Assembly (NCBI GenBank): GCA_951406725.2
Contig: OX597816.1
Coordinates: 171,244,001 to 171,308,000, forward strand
From: Octopus vulgaris
Lineage: Eukaryota
DNA: 64,000 nt
Direction of reading: 5' to 3'
Part shown: positions 26,036 through 38,267 of the stretch, in pieces
Layout: each line of letters begins with the position of its first letter
Position numbering within the stretch: position 1 is the stretch's first letter
Made by a program: the position numbers and the translations under genes
The notes under the pieces: model-generated
Told to the model about the DNA's origin: nothing
Databases searched by the model: none
What the model saw: the letters and a program-made list of their open reading frames with translations, nothing else

Positions 26036-26909
26036 TATATGTATTTGAAAAATTTCAAAACACTATGATGGAACATTTCCACCTTTTGGATAATCTATAT
26101 ATGTCTACAGATTTCTATGTACATTTGCTGCAATCAATTCTACCCCACATCTGAGAGCATGACCTAGTGTATATATATATAAACATTACAAAGCATTCAT
26201 GAACATACATTCAAACACATGTACTAACATTCTTAAGTTTATTCGGTGTTTAACAAATTTCATATCTAATCAAAATCTAGGCAGGGAAATATATAAAATA
26301 AAGACAAAAAAAATGAATTAAAACTGAACAAATATCTGATATTGTACTGACATTTGCTTTAGAACAACTAAACCAAATAAATTTTCTTTGGAATAGCTAA
26401 CCCCAATAAATAAACTTACTGATTTGCAAATATTTTCTAAGGATTAGCTAAAAAAAAATTGGAAATACTTTTCAAGTTACACTATGAATAGCTCTGTATG
26501 ATATAAAAGGCTACAACATAATTCATAGATTAACAACTTTTAAACAACAATTTATGAAATACATTCTAACTACAGAAAAATATTCAAAAATAAAAAACAA
26601 CAAAAGTTTGAAATAAATTGGCTAACAAAAAACAAGATGTGATAATCTCTTGTGGACTAAATAACAAATGAGCAATTAAGCATGCTATCTTGATGATGCT
26701 AGGGTGCAAATTGTGTGACTGAACATAAAAACAAAACTCACAACAAGAGATACAACAATAAATACAGTGGCAACTACATTAATAACAACCATGCAGACAC
26801 TAGGCAGGAAACTAAAATGAAGCAAGGACAAACAGCAAATCTTATGACTGAACTGAGATACAGGACTGATGCGGAAATCTTCAAGGCAATAAACTAAACA
26901 GCAATTGAA

Positions 26910-27300
26910 TATATATAAAAGTGAGGTTGTGTGCTGTCTGTCTCCTACGATTTAGATTCCTAACGACTCCCACATTTTGCGGTGCAGTTTAACCAAAACC
27001 GGCTATCTTATAGTCGTGATTCATATCGAGCCCTTCTGGGTATTAGCGTGCGTCTACGATGAGTCTACGATTTAAAAAATTTACCATCAATTTTTCCCAT
27101 TTTTAATGCATTTTTGGCATATATAAGGGAAGTAACTCTCTAAAAATTTATTATTAAATCTCAGAACGTAAAAAGCTACAGTAACACCCCCCCCCTTTGT
27201 GGTTAGCCATATTGAGATGGCTATTATACTTTACATCTCTAAAAATGCTTATATAGTTATTTCCCTTACAAACCCGAGCAACGCCAGGCGATACTGCTAG
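26910..27300 (+). mobile_element. Non-autonomous Helitron-like element
   Basis: 3' end CCCGAGCAACGCCAGG..CTAG followed by T; 5' TATATATAAAAG and short CTGT repeats; CpG-richer than flanks. Confidence 0.7.
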
Positions 27301-27789
27301 TTGAATATAAATATAAACTCTATCTTCTATTAAAGTAACGGTTGTGGTGATTACAGTGTAAACTAAATGAAGTAATTAAAACATTTCGGGGGTTTTTTTG
27401 TTTTTTCTTTGGTTTTTTTTCATATTTTAGTCATGGGAGGATGAGCAGCATCCGCAACCTTATTCAATATCTCCAAAAACAGTGAAAGAAAATGCCTAGA
27501 CTGGGATGTCTAGCCCAATGCTTGAAACAGGGTGAATTCTGCTAAGGCACCATTGGCCAGGGAGTGGAGTTAAACCAGATGACTATGCAAAAAACAAGAG
27601 TGATTCTTCCAGGGGATCTGGACACAATTTCATTCTACCAAAGACTGTGTTCTACCAGAAGCCACGGTGGATGAGATTTGTCCAAAGTGCTACACCATGG
27701 GATTAAACTCAAAATCATGTAGCTGTGTACTAAAAATTTTAACAGCACAACCATGCCTGTGCCCTGCATGTATGTATATATAGATAAGA

Positions 27790-28168
27790 TGTGTCCGTGG
27801 CACATAAAAAAAAAACACCATCCGAGCGTGGCCATTCGCCAGCCTCGTCTGGCACCTGTGTCGGTGGCACATAAAAAACACCATCCGAGTGTGGCCGTTC
27901 GCCAGCCTCGTCTGGCACCTGTGTCGGTGGCACATAAAAAACACCATCCGAGCGTGGCCGTTCGCCAGCCTCGTCTGGCACCTGTGTCGGTGGCGCATAA
28001 AAAGCACCCACTACACTCACGGAGTGGTTGGCATTAGGAAGGGCATCCAGCTGTAGAAACACTACCAGATCTGACTGGCCTGGTGCAGCCTTCGGGCTTC
28101 CCAGACCCCAGTTGAACCGTCCAACCCATGCTAGCATGGAAAGCAGACGTTAAACGATGATGATGATG
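27790..28168 (+). mobile_element. Family E element with three 63-bp internal tandem units
   Basis: ggtggcacataaaaaacaccatccgagcgtggccgttcgccagcctcgtctggcacctgtgtc repeats with 63-bp period (27863, 27926, 27989); ends in (gat)n. Confidence 0.9.
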
Positions 28169-28606
28169 CACTGAAAAATATATGTACACAATAAGGGGTA
28201 AGTAGAACTAAAGGATTTTGAAGCTGCCCACATACTGAATTCTAGCTGGAAGAGGTGGAAAATATTAATAAGAAAGAATTAAATACCTTCATACTTTAAA
28301 GTCAAATTTGAGGCACAACCAGTGCCACAGAACAAGCCTTCCATATGAGCCATGGCAGACTCTATATGATCATTGGACCCGGCAGAAATAGCATCCAAAT
28401 CTTCCTCTAAAACACACACTACTAATTTAAAAAGGAAGGACACAATAGTCCAAACTAGCATGATCTGAAATGTCTTTTATAACAGATCTGCTTAGTTGGG
28501 GCTGAAGTGGGACTAAACAACAACAGTAGCCTTCATTGCAACTTCCACAACTACATACATATTTATAAATATACATGTATGCATGTATTTATTATATATA
28601 TATATA

Positions 28607-28766
28607 GGCGCAGGTGTGGCTGTGTGGTAAGTAGCTTGCTTACCAACCACATGGTTCCGGGTTCAGTCCCACTGCATGGCATCTTGGGCAAGTGTCTTCT
28701 GCTATAGCCCCGGGCCGACCAAAGCCTTGTGAGTGGATTTGGTAGACAGAAACTGAAAGAAGCCTG

Positions 28767-28828
<62 letters not shown>

Positions 28829-29020
28829 TTGTTTGTCCCCCTAGCATTACTTGACAACCGATGCTGGTGTGTTTACGTCCCCGTCACTTAGCGGTTTGGC
28901 AAAAGTGACCGATAGAATAAGTACTGGGCTTACAAATAATAAGTCCTGGGGTCGATTTGCTCGACTAAAAGGTGGTGCTCCAGCATGGCCGCAGTCAAAT
29001 GACTGAAACAAGTAAAAGAG
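28607..29020 (+). mobile_element. SINE family A, full length
   Basis: Collinear with 8448-8871. Confidence 0.93.
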
Positions 29021-29215
29021 TATATATGCAAGAGCAAGTGTGTTTGAAAAGGTTTAACGAAAGCACTTACTAGAAGAAAAAAGTTTTCCCAAAAATGGTT
29101 AGTAACATCCTCACAAAAGATTTCATAAAATTATTTTTACATTTCAAAACTTTATCAAGTAATCCTCAAAGACATTCAAATATATATATAAATATACACA
29201 CATATGTGTGCATGC

Positions 29216-29249
<34 letters not shown>

Positions 29250-31319
29250 GTGCGCGCACACATAGAGAGAGAGCACAATGACCAAATAGGTTATATTAAT
29301 ATTTGATGGTTATCTCCAAGTGATTTAGCAAATGTGAGTTGCAAATGTATAATGCCTAATATAGAATAGAATTTCCTTGAGCAAAGTACTTACGTCAACT
29401 TGCCTGAGTTTATCTAATTTTAAAGTATGTACTAACTGATCAGAGTAAACTAATTTGCAATATACTAGCTTCTAAATTATGACTGAGAGTCATATGCACT
29501 CTTTACTGTCACAGACACTTGTGACAATTACAGACTCAAGTGTCTTTCCAGTGGCCAAAAGAGTAAGATAGCAAACTATTAACTTGATGTTTTCTGACAG
29601 TATTTTCCCAAAAGAATACTATCACTACCACACCATCATTATCATCATCAACATTTTACAATAAAAAGATTAACTGCAAACAAGTTGTAAGCCAAATTCA
29701 CACTACACATGTGTGTTCTTTTTTCATCATCATCATCATCGTTTAACGCCTGCTTTCCATGCTAGCATGGGTTGGACAATTTCAATCATACCTGCAAATT
29801 TGAGAAGGAAGAATCTTGCACTTACACAGTCCAGAAATTTTGTTATGAATTTTTCTGGACTTGAAGGTAAAGGATTCATGAAAATGTTGTTGATTTAATA
29901 TGAATAAGTCAATGCAACAGAATGGTTTGGCAGACTCATTAGAATATCAGATAGGATGCTTTGCAATATTTGTTTTAATCCTCAGCATATTGCTAATCCC
30001 ACAGTGAAGTCAACACATTGTTTTCCATCCTTTATTGTGGCAATAAAGAAAATACCAATCCAGAACAATGTGAATTAGTGGAATTGTTAAAGAGTTAGAT
30101 GAGATGCAGGCAGTTTCAGTCTTTTGAACTCAAACTCTGCTTCTTACCACAAGGAACAGTGATACGATTGTCAAAAAAGATGATAGTATGACCAAAGAGA
30201 CAAGAAAACCTGTAATTAGACAACTCCAGCAGGTTGGCAACCCAAGAAGGGTATTGCTAAATAAAATCTTCACATCAGTTAAGAATCAACCAGGAATAGG
30301 ATTAATGGAAAGTGTCTTCATGGACGGATGCAGTCTGAAAATTTGGGGAGAAGCAAAAGGGGAAAACGTCTATAGGAATACACAGGATTATAATCCACAA
30401 TGTTTAAGTTTCAAGGGGGTATTATAATTACTGATAAGACTGGAAGCAAAATCATAAAACTAATATAACGAGAAAAGTTGTAAAATTCCACATTTTCTTT
30501 TCTTTTCTTTAATATATGGTACTGTGTAAGTGGGTAAGTTTAGCAGTAAATTTAAGTTAATTGACTGGGTATCCATTTTTAAAGTAGCTGAAGAGTGACT
30601 CTTAGAGTAGAGTTAAATATAACATGATAAAAATTTTTATAATAGCTCTTCATAATATTTTTACAGCACTTGATTGTGTTATAACCAATATGGAAGGTGT
30701 CAATATCATATAATCATTACCATAAGAAGATACAGTGTCTCTGAATAAACAATAGATTAATATTTTCTCTTCGCAAAACAGATTTTCAATAAATGTTTTA
30801 TGCCAATTTCTTGATACGTGACTAGTATATCAATTTTCTTTATCGTTTATCTTTTTTTTTTTACATAACGTACATAAACAAGACCTCCATTATTTCTTTC
30901 ACTAATTCGCACATGCAAGAATTTTATTTTAGCATTTTCACTTTAACCTTAATGTCATTTTGAAAGAACAGAAAGAAAATGGACTCGAGACCAGTAAAGT
31001 TGAAACTACTGATATAATTGGGGCAGGGTGAAGTATGGAAAAAAATGGTAACCGATATAATTTGCTTTTGCAATATGGTTTCAAATTATTACTACAAAAC
31101 TGAGAATATGTGTCTACATATGTACACACACATATCTATATATGTATATATAAACAGGAAACGACATATGTATACATATATACAAATATGAACACATGAA
31201 TGTAAATACGCACATGTATGCTGATACTGAAATTAAACATTAAAATGCACGAATAAAAATATACATCAAGTAATCTACATATATATATATATATATGTAC
31301 ATATATACATATATATATG

Positions 31320-31505
31320 TGCAGGTGGCACGTAAAAAGTACCCACTACACTCTTGAGTGGTTGGCGTTAGGAAGGACATCAAGCTGTAGAAACTCTTTC
31401 AGATCAAGACTGGATCATGGTGCAGCCATCTGGGCAGCCCTCAGTCAAAACCGTCCAACCTATGCTAGCATGGAGAACGGACGTTAAACGATGATGATGA
31501 TGATA
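31320..31505 (+). mobile_element. Family E 3' fragment
   Basis: ggttggcgttaggaagg...gctagcatggagaacggacgttaaacgatgatg. Confidence 0.85.
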
Positions 31506-31885
31506 CATACATACATACATATATCCATAGATACATATATATATATATATATATATACATACAAATACATACATACATACATATATACATAGATATATAT
31601 ATATATATATAGATATATATACATATACATACATATGAATACATACGTATGTATAGATACACAGATATATACACATACATATAAATACATACATATATAT
31701 AAATACACAGATATATACATACGTATACATATATACTTATATATACATACATACTTATATATATATATATACATATGCATATATATATATACATACATAC
31801 ATATGTATACATATATACTTATATATATATGTAAATACATATATATACATTTTTACTTATATACACATATATGTATATATATGTG

Positions 31886-31945
<60 letters not shown>
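31505..31945. repeat. Compound TA/TACA microsatellite
   Basis: Directly visible. Confidence 0.9.
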
Positions 31946-32729
31946 AAAATGGGACAAGAACACAAACAGTTAGTTGAAACAAAAAAGGGGCAACAAAATA
32001 CCCAGACAGATGATACAAAGAAAACAAGGACGGATCATTCGGAGATTTCTTTCCTCAGTCGAGTTCCAGAATTTCAGCTGGTTATACTCGAGATTGCTCC
32101 AATCTGGCCAGGAAAAAATAAGCTAAGAGCATTATATTCCTTTGAAAAAAAGCAGTGAATGTATATGAAAACAAGGACGGGGAATAAAACAGAAATGTTA
32201 CACAAATACAAATAACAGGACATAACAACAGGTGTCTTTCGACTAATGACAAATTAAATTAAGCTGGCATGTGTGGAAGTAAAGCCTTACAGCAGGGACA
32301 TACGATTTATCAAGCACAGGAAGGAATATAGATGTTGCACAGACAGTAGTCCAACCAAGAAAGAAAGGTTTGGCCTGGCAGAACACTGGTCACGTGGAGA
32401 CAGAAGAGAGAGAGGTAGAGGCATACATGTGCGTGTATGTCTATCGGGTTATGTGTGCATTTTGTTTCGTGTATGCACGTGTGCTTGAGTATGTGTGTGT
32501 ATGTGGTTGTGTGTACATTTATGTGTGTGTGTGTGTGTGTATAAAGGTATGTGTGTCTGTGTGCATGGGGTTGTATGGGATAGGTATCTGTGCATTCCTG
32601 TGTGTGTATGTGTGTACGTTTGTGCTTGTGTGTGCACATGGGTGTATGTGGTTGTGTGTGTATGCATGTGTGTATGTGTCTGGAAGTATGTGTGTGTGTG
32701 TATATGTGCATGTAAGTGTGGTGTATGTG

Positions 32730-33095
32730 TGATAGGGATCATTGGACTCTTAAATGAATTGTTAGAAAGGATCACAAAAGTACAGCTCCCAAAATTACTG
32801 CAGACCACCTCAAGAACCAACTTTCCACAAAAACAGCCAGAAGCTGCACAAAGCTGGATTACATGGGAAGGGCTGCAATCAAAAAACCACTACTTTCAAA
32901 AACAAACATTGCAAAGCATTTAGAGTGGAGTAAAAACCTACAGATTTGGTCCCAAGAGCAATGGAAGAATGCTATTTTCTCGGGCGAGTCATCCTTTACC
33001 CTATTTCTGACCACCAGCCAAGTATACATGTGGAGACAGCCAAAAGAAGCATTTGATCTAGACAGCCTTCTTCCAACTGTTAAACATTGGAGGAG
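32730..33095 (+). pseudogene. Tc1-like transposase fragment
   Basis: GRAAIKKPLLSKTNIAKHLEWSK...WKNAIFSGESSFTLF...MWRQPKEAFDLDSLLPTVKH is a degenerate Tc1 KKPLL...W..V.FSDES.F...PTVKH signature. Confidence 0.85.
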
Positions 33096-33468
33096 CATCT
33101 GTGATTCAGAGCAACTGTCGACCTCCCAAACAAATGAAAACCTCCCGAAAATTTGTGAATGTGGAATCTTCTCCTCCTTCTTCTTCCTTACCAAGAATTC
33201 ACAACGACCTCGAACCCACAAGAGTAAACAAGAGAGACAGAGACAGGCAGAAATAAGGAAAATGCCTCTTGTATTTGAATACTATGCAAATATTCTTTTA
33301 AAAAACTTTTCTTTTAGTTTTACCAAAAATTTAATTGTTTTCCATACTTACAGCTTAAAAAGTCTCAATAACTAAAACCGGTACTGAAATATTTTTATAA
33401 AATTATTTTAGTATTTTCTACCTTGACTTTTTTTTCCATATATACCGTGTGTTCCTTTTCAACCTTCT

Positions 33469-33521
<53 letters not shown>

Positions 33522-33669
33522 TACATATATATATATACATACATATTATTATGGCTGGCCCCTCATTATCGAGTATGCCCATTGCACGAAGCTTAGCTGT
33601 TACTGGTGCTGTGATAGAATGTGACTTTTTAGCCCAGCTAAAGATCTACAGTGTCTTGTACAGAATTGG

Positions 33670-33816
33670 CAAGGTTGTTTATGGAAGGCAAGCAGTCGCC
33701 CATGCATACCAGCCACCCCTCTCCACATCACTGATGTTATCCAAGGGAAAGGGCCGATACAGCTTGGCACCAGTAATATCGCAACTCATTTCTACAGCTG
33801 AGTTAACAGGAGCAAC
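33670..33816 (-). mobile_element. SINE family C internal fragment; a 3' piece also lies at 33908-33960
   Basis: Matches 6260-6405. Confidence 0.75.
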
Positions 33817-33964
33817 ATATATATATATACACACATACATACATATATATATATATACATACATACATTCATATATATACACACATACATACATATGAGG
33901 AGAGGAGGAGACCCCCTTCGGTCATAAATGACCATGGGATTGCACCTAGAAAGTTACCTTATAT

Positions 33965-34480
33965 ATCATCATCATCATCGTTTAGCGTCCGTTTTCCATG
34001 TTAGCATGGGTTGGACGGTTCTACTGGGGTCTGTAAAGCCAGAAGGCTTCATCAGGCCCAGTCAAAATCTGGCAGTGTTTCTACAGCTGGATGCCCTTCC
34101 TAACGCCAACCACTCCGTGAGTGTAGTGGGTGCTTTTTACGTGCCACCCGCACAGGTGCCAGACAGAGCTGGCAAACGGCCACGAACGGATGGTGCTTTT
34201 TATGTGCCACCGGCACGAGGGCCAGGTGAGGCTGGCAACGGACACAAACGGATGGTGCTTTTTACGTGCCATCGGCACGAGGCCAGTCGGGGCGGTGCTG
34301 GCAACGGTAACACATCTGCAATTTCCATTGATCGATTTCGATTCTGATCCTCACTTGCCTCAACAGGTCTTCACAAGTAGAGTTTTGTGTCCCAAGAAGG
34401 GAAGGTATGCATACATAGGCTGGCTCCATCCCATGTAGAAGGCCACGGGTTATGGACTCACTTGTCCTGCCGGGTCTTCT

Positions 34481-34482
<2 letters not shown>
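33965..34482 (-). mobile_element. Family E element, longest copy in window
   Basis: (cat)n-cgtttagcgtccgttttccatg...; extends beyond the internal units to gtcctgccgggtcttctc. Confidence 0.88.
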
Positions 34483-34521
<39 letters not shown>

Positions 34522-34697
34522 TAAGCAATTAAGGGTTTAGCAACGAATTGCCTCACCACACACCGAATTTAGAAATAGCAGTCAAAGAGTTATAGCTATT
34601 CTTTCTACTAAAAGGGAGATTTCCCTTTTACATGCCGAAATCTACTTGGTGTAATTAATGATTATTCCAAATTAATTAATTTCACCCTATATTGTTA

Positions 34698-34742
<45 letters not shown>

Positions 34743-35519
34743 ATGATATATAGATAGATAGATATACATATATACATACACATACCCATACATATATTCA
34801 TACATACACACACACACACACTAAATATGCATTGAAAGAATTTGCTTTCTGATGTTTGAATTCTGAATTTTAGCCTATCCTCCAAAATGGTGAGTAGATA
34901 CACAGTGGGCATGGAGTATTAATGAGAGAAGTGGCTCTATGCCAGGTGATGAGAGGTTAAAGTATGACAGAGGGACAGGAACAGGTGCCAGTGCTATAGA
35001 AAAGCTACAAGACTATCCCAGCTGGAAAGAGGGGAAAAGACATGGCGATGAGGTGTCAGGACATACCCTCAAAGTACAAACAGGTGAGTACAAGAGAGAA
35101 TAGGGGCAGAGGACCAGAAGGGCTAGGGGTAGATATATTCATGTAAGTGTGAAAGGTAAGTGGTTGAGGGTTAGAGATAGGGATAGAAGTGAATGAAGTG
35201 AAAGGTGAACACAAGTGCAGTTTGTGGAGGAAAGTGAAGAAAATATAGGGGGGGGGTCAGAGTGATTGAGGGGTTAGGGAATAGTACGAAAGGGCAGGGT
35301 GGAGGACAACAGAATGATAAAACTGTAAATAGATGGAAAAATAAGGAAATGACATGAAGTGTGGTGAGAGGTGAGAAGGATGCAGAGACAGGATCAGAGA
35401 AAATTAGCAGCAGAAATAGCAAGCGAAGAACAAAGGTGGTGCGGAGACTGATGGCAGATATGAGAGGATGTTTGAGGAAACACACACATACATTCATATT
35501 CATTAGCATATACTCTCTC

Positions 35520-35924
35520 TCTTTTACTCTTTTACTTGTTTCAGTCATTTGACTGCGGCCATGCTGAAGCACCGCCTTTAGTCGAGCAAATCAACCCCGA
35601 GACTTATTCTTTGTAAACCCAGTACTTATTCTATTGGTCTTTTTTGCCAAACCGCTAAGTAACGGGGACGTAAACGCACCAGCATCGGTTGTCAAGCGAT
35701 GTTGGGAGGACAAACACAGACACACAAACACACACATACATATACATATATATATATATACATATATACGACACGCTTCTTTCAGTTTCCGTCTACCAAA
35801 TCCACTCACAAGGCATTGGTCGGTCCTGGGCTATAGCAGAAGACACTTGCCCAAGATGCCACGCAGTGGGACTGAACCCGGAACCATGTGGTTGGTTAGC
35901 AAGCTACTCACCACACAGCCACTC

Positions 35925-35925
<1 letters not shown>
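35520..35925 (-). mobile_element. SINE family A
   Basis: Reverse complement of 8448-8871. Confidence 0.92.
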
Positions 35926-35955
<30 letters not shown>

Positions 35956-36253
35956 TATGTGTGTGTGTGTATGTGTGTAGTACATAAATGTACACACCAC
36001 ATTCTGTGTACATTTATGAACATACATATACAAATACATATAAAACAATAAAGAAATAATGCAGAGAACTTGTTACAATTCAAAGAGAGAATTAATGATT
36101 AATTAACTCTTTATATATTTTATGTGAATCATAGAGAAAAATAAGAACAAATAATTAAAAACCAATGGTTGCCATAAGTTTATCTAAATGATATATTCAA
36201 CACACGCATATTTTCATAAAGCCACATCTCTCTCTCTGTATATATATATATAT

Positions 36254-36661
36254 TACTCTTTTACTTGTTTCAGTCATGTGACTGTGGCAATGCTGGAGCA
36301 CCGCCTTTAGTCGATCAAATCGACCCCAGGACTTATTCTCTGTAAGCCTAGTACTTATTTTATCGGTCTCTTTTTGCCAAACCGCTAGGTTACGGGGACG
36401 TAAACACACCAGCATCGGTTGTCAAGCGATGTTGTGGGGACAAACACAGACACACAAACACGCACATACACATATATATATATATATAAACATATATACG
36501 ATGGGCTTCTTTCAGTTTCCGTTTACCAAATCCACTCACAAGGCTTTGGTCGGCCTGAGGCTATAGTAGAAGACACTTACCCAAGGTGCCACGCAGTGAG
36601 ACTGAACCTGGAACCATGTGGTTCGTAAACAAGCTACTTACCACACAGCCACACCTGCGCC
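36254..36661 (-). mobile_element. SINE family A
   Basis: Reverse complement of 8448-8871. Confidence 0.92.
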
Positions 36662-36926
36662 TATATATATATATATATACTGAGATAGATTGTGTAGAAA
36701 TGTCAGGCATAACTAAGGAAATCCTACCAGACAAGGAGGGTGGTTTTTCATTGGATACTGTGGAACAATAAGCAAAACCTATCAAAGGGTAGCTAAACAC
36801 AGCAGAGTCGATAGTCATCCAACAACCAGAATGTGAGAGACTCCTAGCCTATGCTCAGACACCTCTCTAGGAGAAGGAAATCTCAAATGTATCACCTGCA
36901 ATTTCATTTGCTTCTATAATGTAGAC

Positions 36927-37127
36927 CAGTGCTTTTCAAACTTTTTGCTGGAGTGGAACCCCAAGGAAACATTCCACTGGCTCGAGGAACCTCTGTGCAA
37001 TAATTTAATAGCCTTATGCACACATATCTGCACAGGAGAATTAAAAATTACTGCCGATTTTAGCAGTTTTATAACTTCTTGCGGAACCCCTGGACTGTAC
37101 TGGTGGAACCCTGGTTGAAAACCACTG
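36927..37127. mobile_element. hAT (Charlie-type) MITE
   Basis: TIRs CAGTGCTTTTCAA / TTGAAAACCACTG, subterminal GGAACCC repeats, 8-bp TSD atgtagac/atatagac. Confidence 0.88.
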
Positions 37128-37469
37128 ATATAGACAGTTCTTCTTCTTAGGCAAATGCATACATTGTTTAGAGAGTGAAATTGGCCTGGTACAAGGCCTT
37201 CTGTCTCTTTAAAAAGCTTCAGGCACAAGCATTGCATGATTTTTTTTCAACATCTCTGTCATGTTGCTTAATTTGCCTGGTCGTAATTGAGAGAGTAAAA
37301 CATTCACGGAAAAGTTCCATGATGGAATGAAGGCATGAGTCTGCAAGTGGTAACTCTGTGAAGACCTCCTGCAAGTACCAAGCAAGACCAAAAAATCATA
37401 TCCATGTTGCTTTAGGAGAACAAGAAATTAACAGCATTGATTGAAATCGAGTTTCATCCATTGTATGCA

Positions 37470-37528
<59 letters not shown>

Positions 37529-37589
37529 ATGTATATTTATGTACATATGTGAATGTGTTGTAAATTAACTTTAATACACACACATATAC

Positions 37590-37730
37590 GTGTCACTTAG
37601 CGGTTCGGCAAAAGAGACCGATACAATAAGTCCTGGGCTTACAAAAGAATAAATCCCGGGGTCGAGTTGCTCGACTAAAGGCGGTGCTCCAGCATGGCCA
37701 CAGTCAAATGACTGAAACGAGTAAAAGAGT
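37590..37730 (+). mobile_element. SINE family A, 3' half
   Basis: gtcacttagcggttcggcaaaagagacc...gagtaaaagag. Confidence 0.9.
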
Positions 37731-38054
37731 ATATATACAAATCTATACATGCAAATATACATGCACAAAATATATATATTGGAAATCCTTCTCTTGATAG
37801 TGACGAAAGCAAATGCAACATTTGAAAATCTGTATCTTCAGCTGGTGTCACAGTGTCACAAGCATTTGCTCTTTGGCCTGTACACTTCATCTGAATGGAA
37901 TAGTAAGAACTGAATTAGCCTTTGCCTGAAGAAGGGTTCCAACTGTAGCCTCTTGTCAACTACAACCACCCTTGAATTGGTCTCACCTGCCATAATCATT
38001 TCCAGTTGTTTCAGTTAAAGGAAGCAACTGCTACATGTGTCTAATTATATGTGT

Positions 38055-38267
38055 TTAACCCTTTCGTTACCAACCCAGCTGAAACTGGCTCTGGCTCTTT
38101 AGTATAAAGTGTTGATTTAAAATCTTCCACCAAATCTTAGTCACAATTTATGTTCCTAACACTAGCTGAATGATAACTCAGTTATTTTACTAAATTCTTT
38201 GTTATATTTAAAATTATTGGAAGAAACACAGAGCATCTCAAAATAAATACAGTAACAAAAGGGTTAA
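38055..38267. mobile_element. piggyBac-type MITE family 1
   Basis: TTAACCCTTT...AAAGGGTTAA; reverse orientation to 11755. Confidence 0.88.

Noticed and set aside
31945-32420. Possible Penelope-type terminal repeat with CTGAGGA on the minus strand
   Set aside because: Single copy in the window and an incomplete core; cannot be supported by eye.
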